The position numbers and the translations under genes were made by a program. DNA of 64,000 nt, taken from an uncultured Chlamydiae bacterium. Its GTDB lineage: Bacteria > Chlamydiota > Chlamydiia > Chlamydiales > JAJFMA01. Shown here one piece after another: positions 39,103-48,655 of the stretch. Position 1 is the stretch's first letter; each line of letters begins with the position of its first letter. Location: assembly GCA_963790215.1 (NCBI GenBank), contig CAWBNS010000010.1, forward strand, positions 2,572-66,571. Reading direction: 5' to 3'. The notes under the pieces were generated by a model. The model had not been told where the DNA came from and made no database searches. It saw only the letters and a list, made by a program, of their open reading frames with translations.

Positions 39103-40332
39103 ATGCCCCTCATATCTGACAGCACGATCACTACAATTCGCAACGATTTCCCCATGTTGGCCAAAACGATGCGCGGTAAGCCGCTCGTCTACTTTGATTC
39201 CGGCGCGACCGCGCAAAAGCCCCTCCAAGTCATCGAAACCATGGACCGCTTCTACCGTGACCACTACGGCACGGTCCATCGCGCCATCTACGAATTAGCC
39301 GAATACAGCACTCAAGCCTATTCTGCTGTACGGGAAAAAGCCCGGGCCTTCCTCAACGCATCATCGGAACAAGAGATCATCTTCACCAGAGGCACCACCG
39401 AATCCATCAACATGGTCGCCTACTCCTTTGGCAAAGCGTTTATCAAGCCAGGCGATGAGATCCTTATCTCTACCATTGAACATCATTCGAACATTGTGCC
39501 GTGGCAGATTCTGTGCGAAGATCGCGGAGCCATCTTAAAGGTCATTCCCGTTGACGAGGCTGGCGTTTTAGACCTTGAGGCATATCAAAACATGCTATCA
39601 CCCAAAACGCGCCTGGTGAGCCTTACACACGTCGCCAATTCGATCGGCACTTTAAACCCGATCAAAGAGATGACCGCAATGGCTCATCAAGCCGGAGCTT
39701 ATGTCCTCGTTGATGGTGCACAAGCCGCTCCTCACATGCCCGTAGATGTGAGATCGCTCGATGTCGACTTCTACGTCCTCTCTGGTCACAAACTGTATGG
39801 CCCCACAGGTGTAGGGGTGCTGTTTGGACGCGAAGAGCTCCTAAACCAAATGCCACCCTACCAAGGCGGAGGAGACATGATCGCCCATGTCACCTTCGAA
39901 AAAACCACCTACAATGTACTCCCACTCAAGTTTGAAGCCGGTACTCCTATGATCGCCGAAGTAATTGGCCTAGGCGCTGCAATCAACTACATCGAATCCA
40001 TCGGACGTCAAGCCATCTATGACCATGGAATGGACCTGCTGCATTACGCAACTGCACGATTAGCCGAAGTTCCGCGATTGCGAATCATTGGCACCGCACC
40101 CCACAAAGGCGCGATTATCAGTTTTATTGTTGAAGGCGCCCATCATCTTGATGTGGGCACCTTTCTTGACCTTAAAGGAATTGCCGTACGCACCGGCCAC
40201 CATTGCGCGCAACCGACCATGCAACGCTACGGCGTTCCAGGCACTGCCAGAGTCTCTTTTGGCGTCTACAACACCCGCGCCGAAATTGATGTTTTCGTCG
40301 AAGCCATGAAAGATATCGTGAAGAAATTGTAA
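39103..40332 (+). CDS. sufS: cysteine desulfurase, SufS type (PLP-dependent)
   Basis: 409 aa. It has the PLP lysine motif SGHKLYGPTG and the active-site Cys loop RTGHHCAQP. Confidence 0.95.
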   Translation: MPLISDSTITTIRNDFPMLAKTMRGKPLVYFDSGATAQKPLQVIETMDRFYRDHYGTVHRAIYELAEYSTQAYSAVREKARAFLNASSEQEIIFTRGTTESINMVAYSFGKAFIKPGDEILISTIEHHSNIVPWQILCEDRGAILKVIPVDEAGVLDLEAYQNMLSPKTRLVSLTHVANSIGTLNPIKEMTAMAHQAGAYVLVDGAQAAPHMPVDVRSLDVDFYVLSGHKLYGPTGVGVLFGREELLNQMPPYQGGGDMIAHVTFEKTTYNVLPLKFEAGTPMIAEVIGLGAAINYIESIGRQAIYDHGMDLLHYATARLAEVPRLRIIGTAPHKGAIISFIVEGAHHLDVGTFLDLKGIAVRTGHHCAQPTMQRYGVPGTARVSFGVYNTRAEIDVFVEAMKDIVKKL

Positions 40333-40388
40333 AATCATCAGGGACGACAAGGACAGCTTACGCGAAGCTGTCCCTGCCGCCCCTATTT

Positions 40389-42365
40389 CTAAACTGTAAC
40401 GACTTTTTCCTGTAACTTCGCTTCAAGCATCTGATCGCCAATAACCTCTTGCAACCGAGTAAAGCATTCCAAAGCCGTAGGCCGATTGGCAGGACCTTCC
40501 TCTGTCATTTCTGAAATCAGATTCTCAAAACTCTCACCAAAGGCCGCGCCTATTTCGTCTGCTCTCTCGTTTCCATCAGTAGGAGGCCAGTCGCGGCCTG
40601 TTAGGACATTCCACATAGAAATACCCAAACCAATTATATCTCGTTTCAAAGGCAACCTATATTCTTCCCTGTCTTCAGTCACGCCAACCTGTTGTAAAAG
40701 TTCCGTGTCCTTTTCGGAATAATATCCTTCAGTGCAGGCAAGAAGGCCCCGAGTTGCCCAAATGGAAGCTAACGATTGCATGCCTTCTAAGTCCCCCAAA
40801 ACCAAACGAAGTTCACCATTCACACATTTGATAAATATATTGCTGGGGTTCACATCTAAGTGAGCCCAGTCACGTTCCGCAAAGTGAACAAAAACTAGTA
40901 GAATGCGATTAAATTCCTTTAACAGATTTTTCTTTGTACAGGGCCACCGCCCAGGATTGTTAGCAAAGTCCAGCAAGGTTCCCTCATATTCTTCACTAAT
41001 GACTCCCGTTAATTCACTACTACACACAAAGGAGAAACTGTCCGGAACTGCTAAAGGAGCGGTAATTTCCCTTTTAATGATTTGAAGACTCTCACAGGCC
41101 GTTTTTAGCTGCGTTACTGTATTGTCCCTATCGTTTTGAGTCAGGCCAGGTTTAATACGTTTTAAGGCCATGGTTCCCCCAAAAAGGTTGTGCACGCGTT
41201 CCACCACCACCGTATCCGTTTCAGCTATAATCTCAGGCTGAGGCTCCCGCAGAACTAAATCAAATGTATCCATTTCAGAATGCTCTAAAACAATAAAGCG
41301 ATGCTCCACTCCGCTACCATCTCTAAAAGAAAACTGATTTGCGTCATCCGGTTTTAGATGATTCTCAAACGCAGTAATCATCAATTTCTGGATCAATTCA
41401 AAGTCACAATACATAGTCGCACCGCCACATTGCAAAAAACCGTCCCTAAACCCTTCCACAGGAGTGAAACGGTTTCTTAATAATTCATAGGGCGTATGTT
41501 TTCGCAATTGTTGATTGAATAATTTCCGTATTTTTCCCGCATGCTCTTGAAAAATAACAGCAGAATCCACACCAGTTAAATCAATAAATCTGAGCTCTTC
41601 TTTGAAATATTTTGTAAAAAGGCACGCACCCAAAGAAGTGTGTACGTCGTATAGCGAGGTTTTTTTGATGAAATTTAAAATTTTATGAATAGCAGTTCGC
41701 TTATACAAATGCTTGAAATCGGGTTGATTCATGACAACCTGAAGCACTTGTATTTTTCCCTTCAACACCCAATTCAGAATCTCCTTTTCAGAACGCCCAT
41801 CCTCATTCAATAGTTGAATTTCCTTTGCATATTTTTGCGCGTCCACATCGAAGTGCTTTTTGGCACAGGCTTGAAGTTGGCCTTGCTCAGCCATCAACTG
41901 CATCTCTGAACGGCTTGTTCCGTTTCTCCGGAGATAATTCAAGTAAAGATCATCTGTCAGTTTCTTTTCGGTTTGAAAATGCAATTCCACGGATTGAATA
42001 TAAACAATATTTGTTTTCAGAATTCGTCTGAAATTTCCTTCTAGTATATATTCAAGGAGGATCTCGATCGAGAGGCCCTTGTTTGAAAGAAATTGGATTT
42101 CCCGAGCGTACCTGCACTTGTAATCGAGGAAGGTTAAATTAAATAACGGCAACAATGCGTAATTGTGCTTCGCCTCATCGACTACTTGTAACGGCCAGCC
42201 TTGATCTTCTAAAAAACGGCAGGTTCGTAGTTCACTTTGAGTTAAAGTATGCGCTTGGGGAGTTTCCGTGGATCCATGAAGGTAAAAGCCCAAATTCTGT
42301 AGAAATCTGTTTCTATCGGCATAGATGGATGGAAGTTGGTCAATTGGAAGAAGAGAAGAATACAT
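40389..42365 (-). CDS. eukaryotic-like protein kinase domain protein with repeat-containing N-terminus; candidate effector
   Basis: 658 aa. The C-terminal roughly 270 aa carry kinase subdomains: ALKRI (VAIK-like), HLDVNPSNIF (catalytic loop), LGDLEG (DFG position), DIIGLGISMWNVLTG and ANRPT. The N-terminus has two related roughly 40 aa repeats (YAREIQFLSNKGLSIEILLEYIL and YAKEIQLLNEDGRSEKEILNWVL). Confidence 0.7.
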   Translation of the reverse strand: MYSSLLPIDQLPSIYADRNRFLQNLGFYLHGSTETPQAHTLTQSELRTCRFLEDQGWPLQVVDEAKHNYALLPLFNLTFLDYKCRYAREIQFLSNKGLSIEILLEYILEGNFRRILKTNIVYIQSVELHFQTEKKLTDDLYLNYLRRNGTSRSEMQLMAEQGQLQACAKKHFDVDAQKYAKEIQLLNEDGRSEKEILNWVLKGKIQVLQVVMNQPDFKHLYKRTAIHKILNFIKKTSLYDVHTSLGACLFTKYFKEELRFIDLTGVDSAVIFQEHAGKIRKLFNQQLRKHTPYELLRNRFTPVEGFRDGFLQCGGATMYCDFELIQKLMITAFENHLKPDDANQFSFRDGSGVEHRFIVLEHSEMDTFDLVLREPQPEIIAETDTVVVERVHNLFGGTMALKRIKPGLTQNDRDNTVTQLKTACESLQIIKREITAPLAVPDSFSFVCSSELTGVISEEYEGTLLDFANNPGRWPCTKKNLLKEFNRILLVFVHFAERDWAHLDVNPSNIFIKCVNGELRLVLGDLEGMQSLASIWATRGLLACTEGYYSEKDTELLQQVGVTEDREEYRLPLKRDIIGLGISMWNVLTGRDWPPTDGNERADEIGAAFGESFENLISEMTEEGPANRPTALECFTRLQEVIGDQMLEAKLQEKVVTV

Positions 42366-42396
42366 AGCAATATACCATTAAAGAGATTTAATTGAT

Positions 42397-42621
42397 TTAT
42401 AGCGAAGGAGATCCTGTATCAGGACCGCTAGATTGAGCAACTTTGGCCGTGTTACTGTCAATACTAGGTAAAGGACACGCCACTACAGGTACATCCGGGT
42501 TGACAACATGATCAGTAACTCGCGAACACCCGCTACCACCGCCTCTACCAGGCAAGGCAAACATCGCTATCGTTAAAGAGCAAAAAAAAGATGTAAGAAG
42601 CAGACTCATTTTCATACTCAC
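42397..42621 (-). CDS. small secreted protein candidate
   Basis: 74 aa with a signal-peptide-like N-terminus (MKMSLLLTSFFCSLTIAMFA). Confidence 0.35.
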   Translation of the reverse strand: MSMKMSLLLTSFFCSLTIAMFALPGRGGGSGCSRVTDHVVNPDVPVVACPLPSIDSNTAKVAQSSGPDTGSPSL

Positions 42622-42737
42622 AAAAATCGCCTGTACCTATGTCTGGTTGTCATCGCATTGTATCGCATTGAAAATTTTCTTTAAAAGTTCTTTTATTTGG
42701 GGCGCGCTTCCGCGCGCAGGTTAATGTATGACTAGGA

Positions 42738-42838
42738 GAAACAGGCGTACGCATCAGGCTAAGATAAGTTTTTGATATGTACGCAATTGATAGCAAGTTT
42801 GTTGCGACAGGAAAACCATCTTATTCTGATGCATATGC
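42738..42838. repeat. short (about 100 bp) member of the CATACGCATCAG-ended MITE-like family
   Basis: The ends are CGTACGCATCAGGCTAAGATAAG and CTTATTCTGATGCATATGCC. Confidence 0.6.
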
Positions 42839-42839
42839 C

Positions 42840-43700
42840 TCACTCTCCTACAGGAGTCCCACCTTTCCAGGTGAGCCAACCAATGGCTCTTACCGTTTGA
42901 TTGAGCCAAGATTGCGTTTCGCGCACCGTTTCCTGCATAAACAGTTTCAAACCCAGAGCAATAATCAACAATGCCAAAAGCGACTTCAAGGGCATCCCTA
43001 GGAAGGTAATTTGAACCTGAGGCGCCAGTCGATTCACGATGCCTAAATAAACGTCCGTCATTAAAATCATGATCAATGCCGGCCCAGCCAATTGAATCGT
43101 AATCACCATCATCTGGTTAAGAATCTTGATCTGCTGCTTCCAAAACGGCGAGTTAGCCGTAAAGAACTCATTGCTTAAGAAACGATCCATAGGCACCAAT
43201 TCATAAGATCGGGCGATGGCATCAAGAAAAATAAAAGGTCCATTGATCACAAAAAACGCATAGATCAACATCATGTTGAACAACGTACCTAGAGGAGAAG
43301 ATTGGTTCTGAATTGTAGGGTCATTCACCATCAAGCTCGCCCCGCCTCGTTGGTGATCGATGATCATGCCAACGTTTTGGACGATCATAAATGGAATACT
43401 CACCAGAAAGCCCAATGAGAGGCCGATGAACATCTCTTTGGCAGCGAGAAAGATCACGTTCAGGTTAAACGTCAGCGGTGTCCGAGTGGTCGCAAGCAAT
43501 AGCGGAAGATAGATAACAAAGAGGCACATCGCAAAAACAATCTTCACCGGGTGGGCCAGAACCTTGGACCCAAAAAATGGGGATAGACCAATAATCGGCA
43601 GCAAACGACACAGACAAAGCATCAGCATCGTGATCAGTGCCTCAGGCGAGTTATTAACGAACTGTGAGCTTACGTAGAGGTCTACGTACGTGCTAGCCAT
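42840..43700 (-). CDS. sctT: type III secretion export apparatus protein SctT (YscT/FliR family)
   Basis: 286 aa polytopic membrane protein. It is the last gene of the sctRST run. Confidence 0.85.
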   Translation of the reverse strand: MASTYVDLYVSSQFVNNSPEALITMLMLCLCRLLPIIGLSPFFGSKVLAHPVKIVFAMCLFVIYLPLLLATTRTPLTFNLNVIFLAAKEMFIGLSLGFLVSIPFMIVQNVGMIIDHQRGGASLMVNDPTIQNQSSPLGTLFNMMLIYAFFVINGPFIFLDAIARSYELVPMDRFLSNEFFTANSPFWKQQIKILNQMMVITIQLAGPALIMILMTDVYLGIVNRLAPQVQITFLGMPLKSLLALLIIALGLKLFMQETVRETQSWLNQTVRAIGWLTWKGGTPVGE

Positions 43701-43706
43701 TTGATC

Positions 43707-43985
43707 CTAATTTGACGCCAATGCCCATTGAGGAAAATTCGAAAAAACAGTGTTAGCTAAACTCATAATCTGCGCACCCAACCAACCACCCATAAACATC
43801 AAGGTTAATGTCACCGCCACAAGCTTCACCGTAAATGACAGGGTCTGCTCCTGAATCTGCGTCGCAGCTTGAAAAATCGCCACGACAATACCAAAGAACA
43901 TACTGATCAAAATAGGAGGTGCCGACAGAATCAGGATCAAAAGTAAACCTTGATACGCCAATTGCACCACATGAGTTTGAAACAT
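43707..43985 (-). CDS. sctS: type III secretion export apparatus protein SctS (YscS/FliQ family)
   Basis: 92 aa with two TM segments. It has the ILISMFFGIVVAIFQAATQIQEQTLSF signature. Confidence 0.9.
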   Translation of the reverse strand: MFQTHVVQLAYQGLLLILILSAPPILISMFFGIVVAIFQAATQIQEQTLSFTVKLVAVTLTLMFMGGWLGAQIMSLANTVFSNFPQWALASN

Positions 43986-44001
43986 ACACGCTCCTTAGAG
44001 T

Positions 44002-44853
44002 CTACCTAAAAGTTAACACTAGCCCCTCGATCAGCATCGTCCAGCCGTCGAGCATGACCAACAAAAACAACTTAAGTGGCATCGAAATCGTTACAGGCGA
44101 CAACATCATCATCCCCATCGCCAACAACACGTTCGAAGTAACAAGGTCGATAACGAAGAAGGGAATGTAGATCAATACGCCGATCTCAAACGCCTCCTTG
44201 AGCTGTCCCGTGATAAACGAAGGCACTACAATGATGAAATCATCCGGTGTCAAATCTTCCCGATGTTCCTCAGGCAAGATCCGATACGCCATGCGATAAA
44301 ATAACACCTGATGCTTCACCAAAGAATTACGCTTTAAAAACTCTCTTAACGGCTCTCGCGTCTTACTCGCTACCTCAATCACATACTTAGATGAATCCGT
44401 TGAGAAAAGACTGTCCGCAGAGGCCGCCTGATCGATCGCCTGTTGACCCGCCTGATACATCTTCAACGCGGTGGGATACATGATATACAAGCTTAACATA
44501 AACGCGACGCCGTTGATAATCTGGTTTGGTGGCGCCTGCTGCACCCCCAAAGCACTTCGAAGTAGCGAAAGCACCACCACGATCTTCATGAACGAGGTCA
44601 AAACCATGATGATGAACGGTAATAACGCTAAAATCGAAAGCGTAACCGCTTGCGTTATGATCGAGGGACGCTTGAACACATCAAATGTTTCATGCTCAAT
44701 CACCTGCGAGGCCGACGCAGAACGAACGTTAGCATCTTTCTTTGTTGTAGCAGGAGTTTGCGAGGCTAGGTCTGTTGGAATCAACGCAAGCAATCCTAAG
44801 AACACCATGCCAAGCAACGCGGTTTTAAAATTTAACAACCGAAGAATTCTCAT
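44002..44853 (-). CDS. sctR: type III secretion export apparatus protein SctR (YscR/FliP family)
   Basis: The ATG at 44853 (MRILRLLNF...) overlaps the sctL stop as ATGA. FliP-like blocks are present (LLRSALGVQQAPPNQIINGVAFMLSLYIM, GVLIYIPFFVIDLVTSNVLLAMGMMMLSP). Confidence 0.9.
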   Translation of the reverse strand: MRILRLLNFKTALLGMVFLGLLALIPTDLASQTPATTKKDANVRSASASQVIEHETFDVFKRPSIITQAVTLSILALLPFIIMVLTSFMKIVVVLSLLRSALGVQQAPPNQIINGVAFMLSLYIMYPTALKMYQAGQQAIDQAASADSLFSTDSSKYVIEVASKTREPLREFLKRNSLVKHQVLFYRMAYRILPEEHREDLTPDDFIIVVPSFITGQLKEAFEIGVLIYIPFFVIDLVTSNVLLAMGMMMLSPVTISMPLKLFLLVMLDGWTMLIEGLVLTFR

Positions 44854-45524
44854 TTTTCTTTCTCCACCACAATCTGAAACGCCTGTTCGATAATATCCCA
44901 TTGACTGTCCAATTGCGCATTTATAATGCCCGCCTCGGTCTCAATGATGCATCCTCCCGGCTTCACATCCTCTCTTGGACGTATCGTAAACGTCTCTAAT
45001 CGTTCAAACAACTCTCTCAATTTAGGCCGTTGTTTATCTACTTTTTCATACTCTTTCGGATTCACGAACACAGTCACACGCTTATGCTGAGACACCGCCC
45101 TTAGCTTCGTTGCCACGATATCCGCAATCGCAGTCTGCGACACTTCCAACTCTCGGCCAACAATCTTCCGCGCCGTCTGCAACGCTATAGGCAAAATCAG
45201 CTTCTCCGTCGCTCGACTTGACTGCTGCACCTGCTGTTCCAGCTCAGCAATCTTGTCCATCCACGCCGCAAAACCCTCTTCAAAGCCCTCACGCTGCGCC
45301 TGCTCTTTAAGCTTCTCGCAGTCCGCCGCTACCTCAACCTTGTACGCATCAATCTGACCATGCACCTTCTCCATTAATTCCGCCGCACTTAAAGCCTGCG
45401 CGTAATCCTCGGCTGGAATCACTCTTCCTTGCGGAGACAAACGTACCGTTTCTCCCGAAATAAGCGTAAAGATCTTCTGCTTGGTCACGATAGGGTCCCC
45501 TGGGTTTTCAGAAACTTCATGCAC
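44850..45524 (-). CDS. sctL: type III secretion stator protein SctL (YscL/FliH-like)
   Basis: 224 aa with a coiled-coil N-half. It occupies the position of chlamydial cdsL. Confidence 0.75.
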   Translation of the reverse strand: MHEVSENPGDPIVTKQKIFTLISGETVRLSPQGRVIPAEDYAQALSAAELMEKVHGQIDAYKVEVAADCEKLKEQAQREGFEEGFAAWMDKIAELEQQVQQSSRATEKLILPIALQTARKIVGRELEVSQTAIADIVATKLRAVSQHKRVTVFVNPKEYEKVDKQRPKLRELFERLETFTIRPREDVKPGGCIIETEAGIINAQLDSQWDIIEQAFQIVVEKEK

Positions 45525-46351
45525 CCGGCAAGCTGCCGCAACATATCAGGTGTCACACTGGGAATAGGTTCATTAGAAAGATTGCTCTTCAACATATTCG
45601 CTCGACCGGTCGGCAGAATTCGTGAGATATGCCAAATCATGTCTTGGCTACACCCAGAAAGAGCTTTTCCCAATCGAGCCAAACCTCGCAGATGGATCTG
45701 TTTGCGCAGCTCCCCACAATCTCCCGTCCAATTGCGCAGATCCAACCGAGGCACGGTGAATTTTTCTTTCTGAAACATATAATGTTTCAACATCTTCAGT
45801 TCATCCACCTTCAAGCAACGCAATAAGATTTGCTGATTCGTTTTGTTTACAATATGACGCAATTCCGAAGCCAAGTCACGCAAACCCAGCAGATCAATTA
45901 AAGCGTGCATCTGATGTTTGTCATAAGTGAGAAGCGGACTCAAACCCGTCGTAGGAAGCCATTGCGCCGGAAAACGCCGCGAAGCCAATACTCTCTTAGA
46001 CATCGTCGCCAGCAAAAATTCCTTCATCGCAGGAGAAACAATTTTTTTAGGTATGTCCCGTCCTAACGATTGACACAAACCCGCCGCGTTGCCAGGTGTT
46101 AAGGAAGCAATCATCGCCTCTTGCAACGGAGTGGACACATCTTTCACCAACGGAACCAACCAAGTGTAGTGCAACTGTTGCATCTGCACTGCAGGATCCC
46201 CCACAACAGGATCAACGTCCTTCGAATCAATGGTGAGACGCTTTAACCGCTTGAAATCGCTCTCAGGCAAAAAATTGCTAAGACTGTCCGCAACACCACC
46301 TTGAAAGCGGTTAAGCAACACTCGAAATAGAACCCAGCCTTTGGCCTGCAT
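45485..46351 (-). CDS. conserved T3SS-cluster protein (position of chlamydial CT560; possible SctK-like)
   Basis: 288 aa, lying between sctJ and sctL as in Chlamydia. The assignment rests on synteny only. Confidence 0.55.
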   Translation of the reverse strand: MQAKGWVLFRVLLNRFQGGVADSLSNFLPESDFKRLKRLTIDSKDVDPVVGDPAVQMQQLHYTWLVPLVKDVSTPLQEAMIASLTPGNAAGLCQSLGRDIPKKIVSPAMKEFLLATMSKRVLASRRFPAQWLPTTGLSPLLTYDKHQMHALIDLLGLRDLASELRHIVNKTNQQILLRCLKVDELKMLKHYMFQKEKFTVPRLDLRNWTGDCGELRKQIHLRGLARLGKALSGCSQDMIWHISRILPTGRANMLKSNLSNEPIPSVTPDMLRQLAGCMKFLKTQGTLS

Positions 46352-46384
46352 GAATGACTCCCGCCAGAGTTGTGTATCCCCACA

Positions 46385-47377
46385 CTATTTCTTCTGGGGA
46401 GGTTCCGCTTCCTTAGCCTTTGCTTTGTCCGCGTCCGCACCCTCTTCTTCGCCCTCAGCCTTTTCAGGCGGCTTTTCCGCCTCTGGAAGCTTCAACGAAC
46501 GAAAAGAAAACACAGTTCCCCACCCACCTGTCTTAGGTGCAATACCAGCCAATTTCCACAACAGAAACAAGGCCGCAAGCATGAGAACTAAAACGGCAAA
46601 AAAGAACGAGGAAAAAATGACACGAAAACGTGTTGCCGAATCCTTCGCCAATACAACAGACCAGATAGAGACCAACTTCGTCTCCTCCTCTTGCATCGCC
46701 TTCGTTTGCAGCACCACATCACTATACTGAGCACGCTCAGGGATAACCGTCACATCTTCATACTTAAGGTCCGGAATCGCATTCGCAACCAAACGGCGTA
46801 TCTTCGTGTTTAAGTGGCTGTTAGGATCATCCAAAACGCCAGAATGCTTTACATAAACAGAAGCACTCACACGCCCTTTAGCCGCAGTAGGATCCAACGG
46901 ATTGTCTTCAGGTACAGACAACAACACATCCGCATCTAAAATCCCGTCAAACTTTCGAATCACGCTTGCAATCTGCGCCGCCAAACCCGCCTGATACTTA
47001 ATCTTTTCCTGCATCTCAGAGGGCACAAGGCCCGTCTGCTCGAAAATTTTCAACAAGTTATTTGTCGGCCGACGAGGTAATCCCGCACGATTCAAAATCG
47101 CCATCGCCTGGTATTTTTGCGTCTCGTCCACGGAGATGTTCCACATCGCCGCGCCGCCGCCGCCGCCCGCACCAGAAGACTCCATCGCAACCTTAACTGC
47201 ATCAATCCCCTGACCAGCTAAGAACACAATGATCTCATTCGCCTCACGCTCGTCCACAGAGTTCACGATAATCGCTTGCTTCGCACAACCCGTACACAAC
47301 AGCAACAACAGTCCCAAGGAAAAACAGGTAGAAAGTAATCGAGCAACCATGCGCAGAGGCCTCAGTGATAGAATCAA
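46385..47377 (-). CDS. sctJ: type III secretion inner-membrane ring lipoprotein SctJ (YscJ/PrgK family)
   Basis: 330 aa. It has the lipobox LLLLCTGC, the YscJ block NSVDEREANEIIVFLAGQGIDA, a C-terminal TM, and an acidic/lysine tail. Confidence 0.85.
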   Translation of the reverse strand: MILSLRPLRMVARLLSTCFSLGLLLLLCTGCAKQAIIVNSVDEREANEIIVFLAGQGIDAVKVAMESSGAGGGGGAAMWNISVDETQKYQAMAILNRAGLPRRPTNNLLKIFEQTGLVPSEMQEKIKYQAGLAAQIASVIRKFDGILDADVLLSVPEDNPLDPTAAKGRVSASVYVKHSGVLDDPNSHLNTKIRRLVANAIPDLKYEDVTVIPERAQYSDVVLQTKAMQEEETKLVSIWSVVLAKDSATRFRVIFSSFFFAVLVLMLAALFLLWKLAGIAPKTGGWGTVFSFRSLKLPEAEKPPEKAEGEEEGADADKAKAKEAEPPQKK

Positions 47378-47474
47378 GTCATTGTTACGCGAACCTTACC
47401 ATAGAACAAGATTTTATCGGGAGAGAGAAATTAAAGTGATGAATGATGAGTGATAAGTGATGAGTTAAGCGGGA

Positions 47475-48533
47475 TTACGGCAACGTATACCACGTGGCGC
47501 GCCCCTTCCCATGACGCAGCAACAAGGAAGCCGTAGTTAAATCCGAAAGGTGTTTTTTAATCGTATTACGGCTTGCGCCAGTCAACTTTTCCAGATCTGC
47601 GATTCCCAAACGGTGGTGATCAGCCACAAACTGAATAAGTTGAGCCGACAATTGAGAGACTTCCATGCTCAGAGTTCTCTCGCGCGAAATTTTTTGTTCG
47701 AGCCGACGTTTTTGCTTTTGTAATGCTCGCAGAAAAAACAAGAGCCAAGGAGTGAAATCGGGCTTTGCCTCTTTGAGCGACTGCTGCGTTCGCCTCAGTG
47801 CGATATAATAGCTGTCCTTGTTTTCTTCTATGACACTCTCGAGAGAACTATAGGGCACATATTGGTACCCCTGTTTTACTAATAACAAGGTAGTGAGACA
47901 ACGAGACAACCGACCATTTCCGTCCTGGAAAGGATGAATGGCCAAAAAGATCACGATAAACAAACCTATGACTAGAAGAGGATGAAGAGAACGAGTTTCA
48001 AATGCCTCTCGTGTCCAATACATGAGTTCTTGCATCCTGAGAGATGTTTCAAAGGGCGATGCTGTCTCAAAGATAATACCCATGCTTTTTCCATTCTCAT
48101 CAAAAGCCTGAACATCATTGTTGAGTTTTTTGTACTCCCCTCTGTGACGCTGATCCTTGTCTGAATATTGCAACAACCATTGATGCAATTGCTTCACGGA
48201 ATTTTCAGTAAAAGGGATTGCCTCAAAAGAGGAAAAAATCTGGTCGCAAACATAAGCATAACCCGCGACTTCCTGCTCATCACGGGTTTTCAATGATCGA
48301 TTTTCAATCTGTAGTAATAATGCCTCAACTTGTCGATCCGTCAACCTGGCCCCTTCGATCCGCGTGGATGACCCGACACTCTCAATAGTTGCGACAGTGC
48401 GCAAAGCACTCAATCTTTCGGGCGCGAGCCGCCCAATCAACTGCCAAACACCTTTGAATTCGTCAATTTCCGCCACCAACGACAGCATTTCGGGAGTGAT
48501 TATTAGCAGTGAGATATCCATAGATTTACCCAA
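47475..48533 (-). CDS. Fic family protein (AMPylase-type motif) with C-terminal winged-helix
   Basis: 352 aa. It has the Fic motif HPFQDGNGRLSR and an upstream inhibitory-helix-like STRIEGA, matching (S/T)xxxE(G/N). Confidence 0.85.
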   Translation of the reverse strand: MGKSMDISLLIITPEMLSLVAEIDEFKGVWQLIGRLAPERLSALRTVATIESVGSSTRIEGARLTDRQVEALLLQIENRSLKTRDEQEVAGYAYVCDQIFSSFEAIPFTENSVKQLHQWLLQYSDKDQRHRGEYKKLNNDVQAFDENGKSMGIIFETASPFETSLRMQELMYWTREAFETRSLHPLLVIGLFIVIFLAIHPFQDGNGRLSRCLTTLLLVKQGYQYVPYSSLESVIEENKDSYYIALRRTQQSLKEAKPDFTPWLLFFLRALQKQKRRLEQKISRERTLSMEVSQLSAQLIQFVADHHRLGIADLEKLTGASRNTIKKHLSDLTTASLLLRHGKGRATWYTLP

Positions 48534-48655
48534 TTTTATCCAATTATATCCAATTTGGTCTGAAAAAACAAGTAAGGTTGTTGCAACAGGAAAACCCTCG
48601 AAGAGGGTTTTCCTGTTGCAACGAATTTACTATCAATTGCATACGCATCAGCCCA

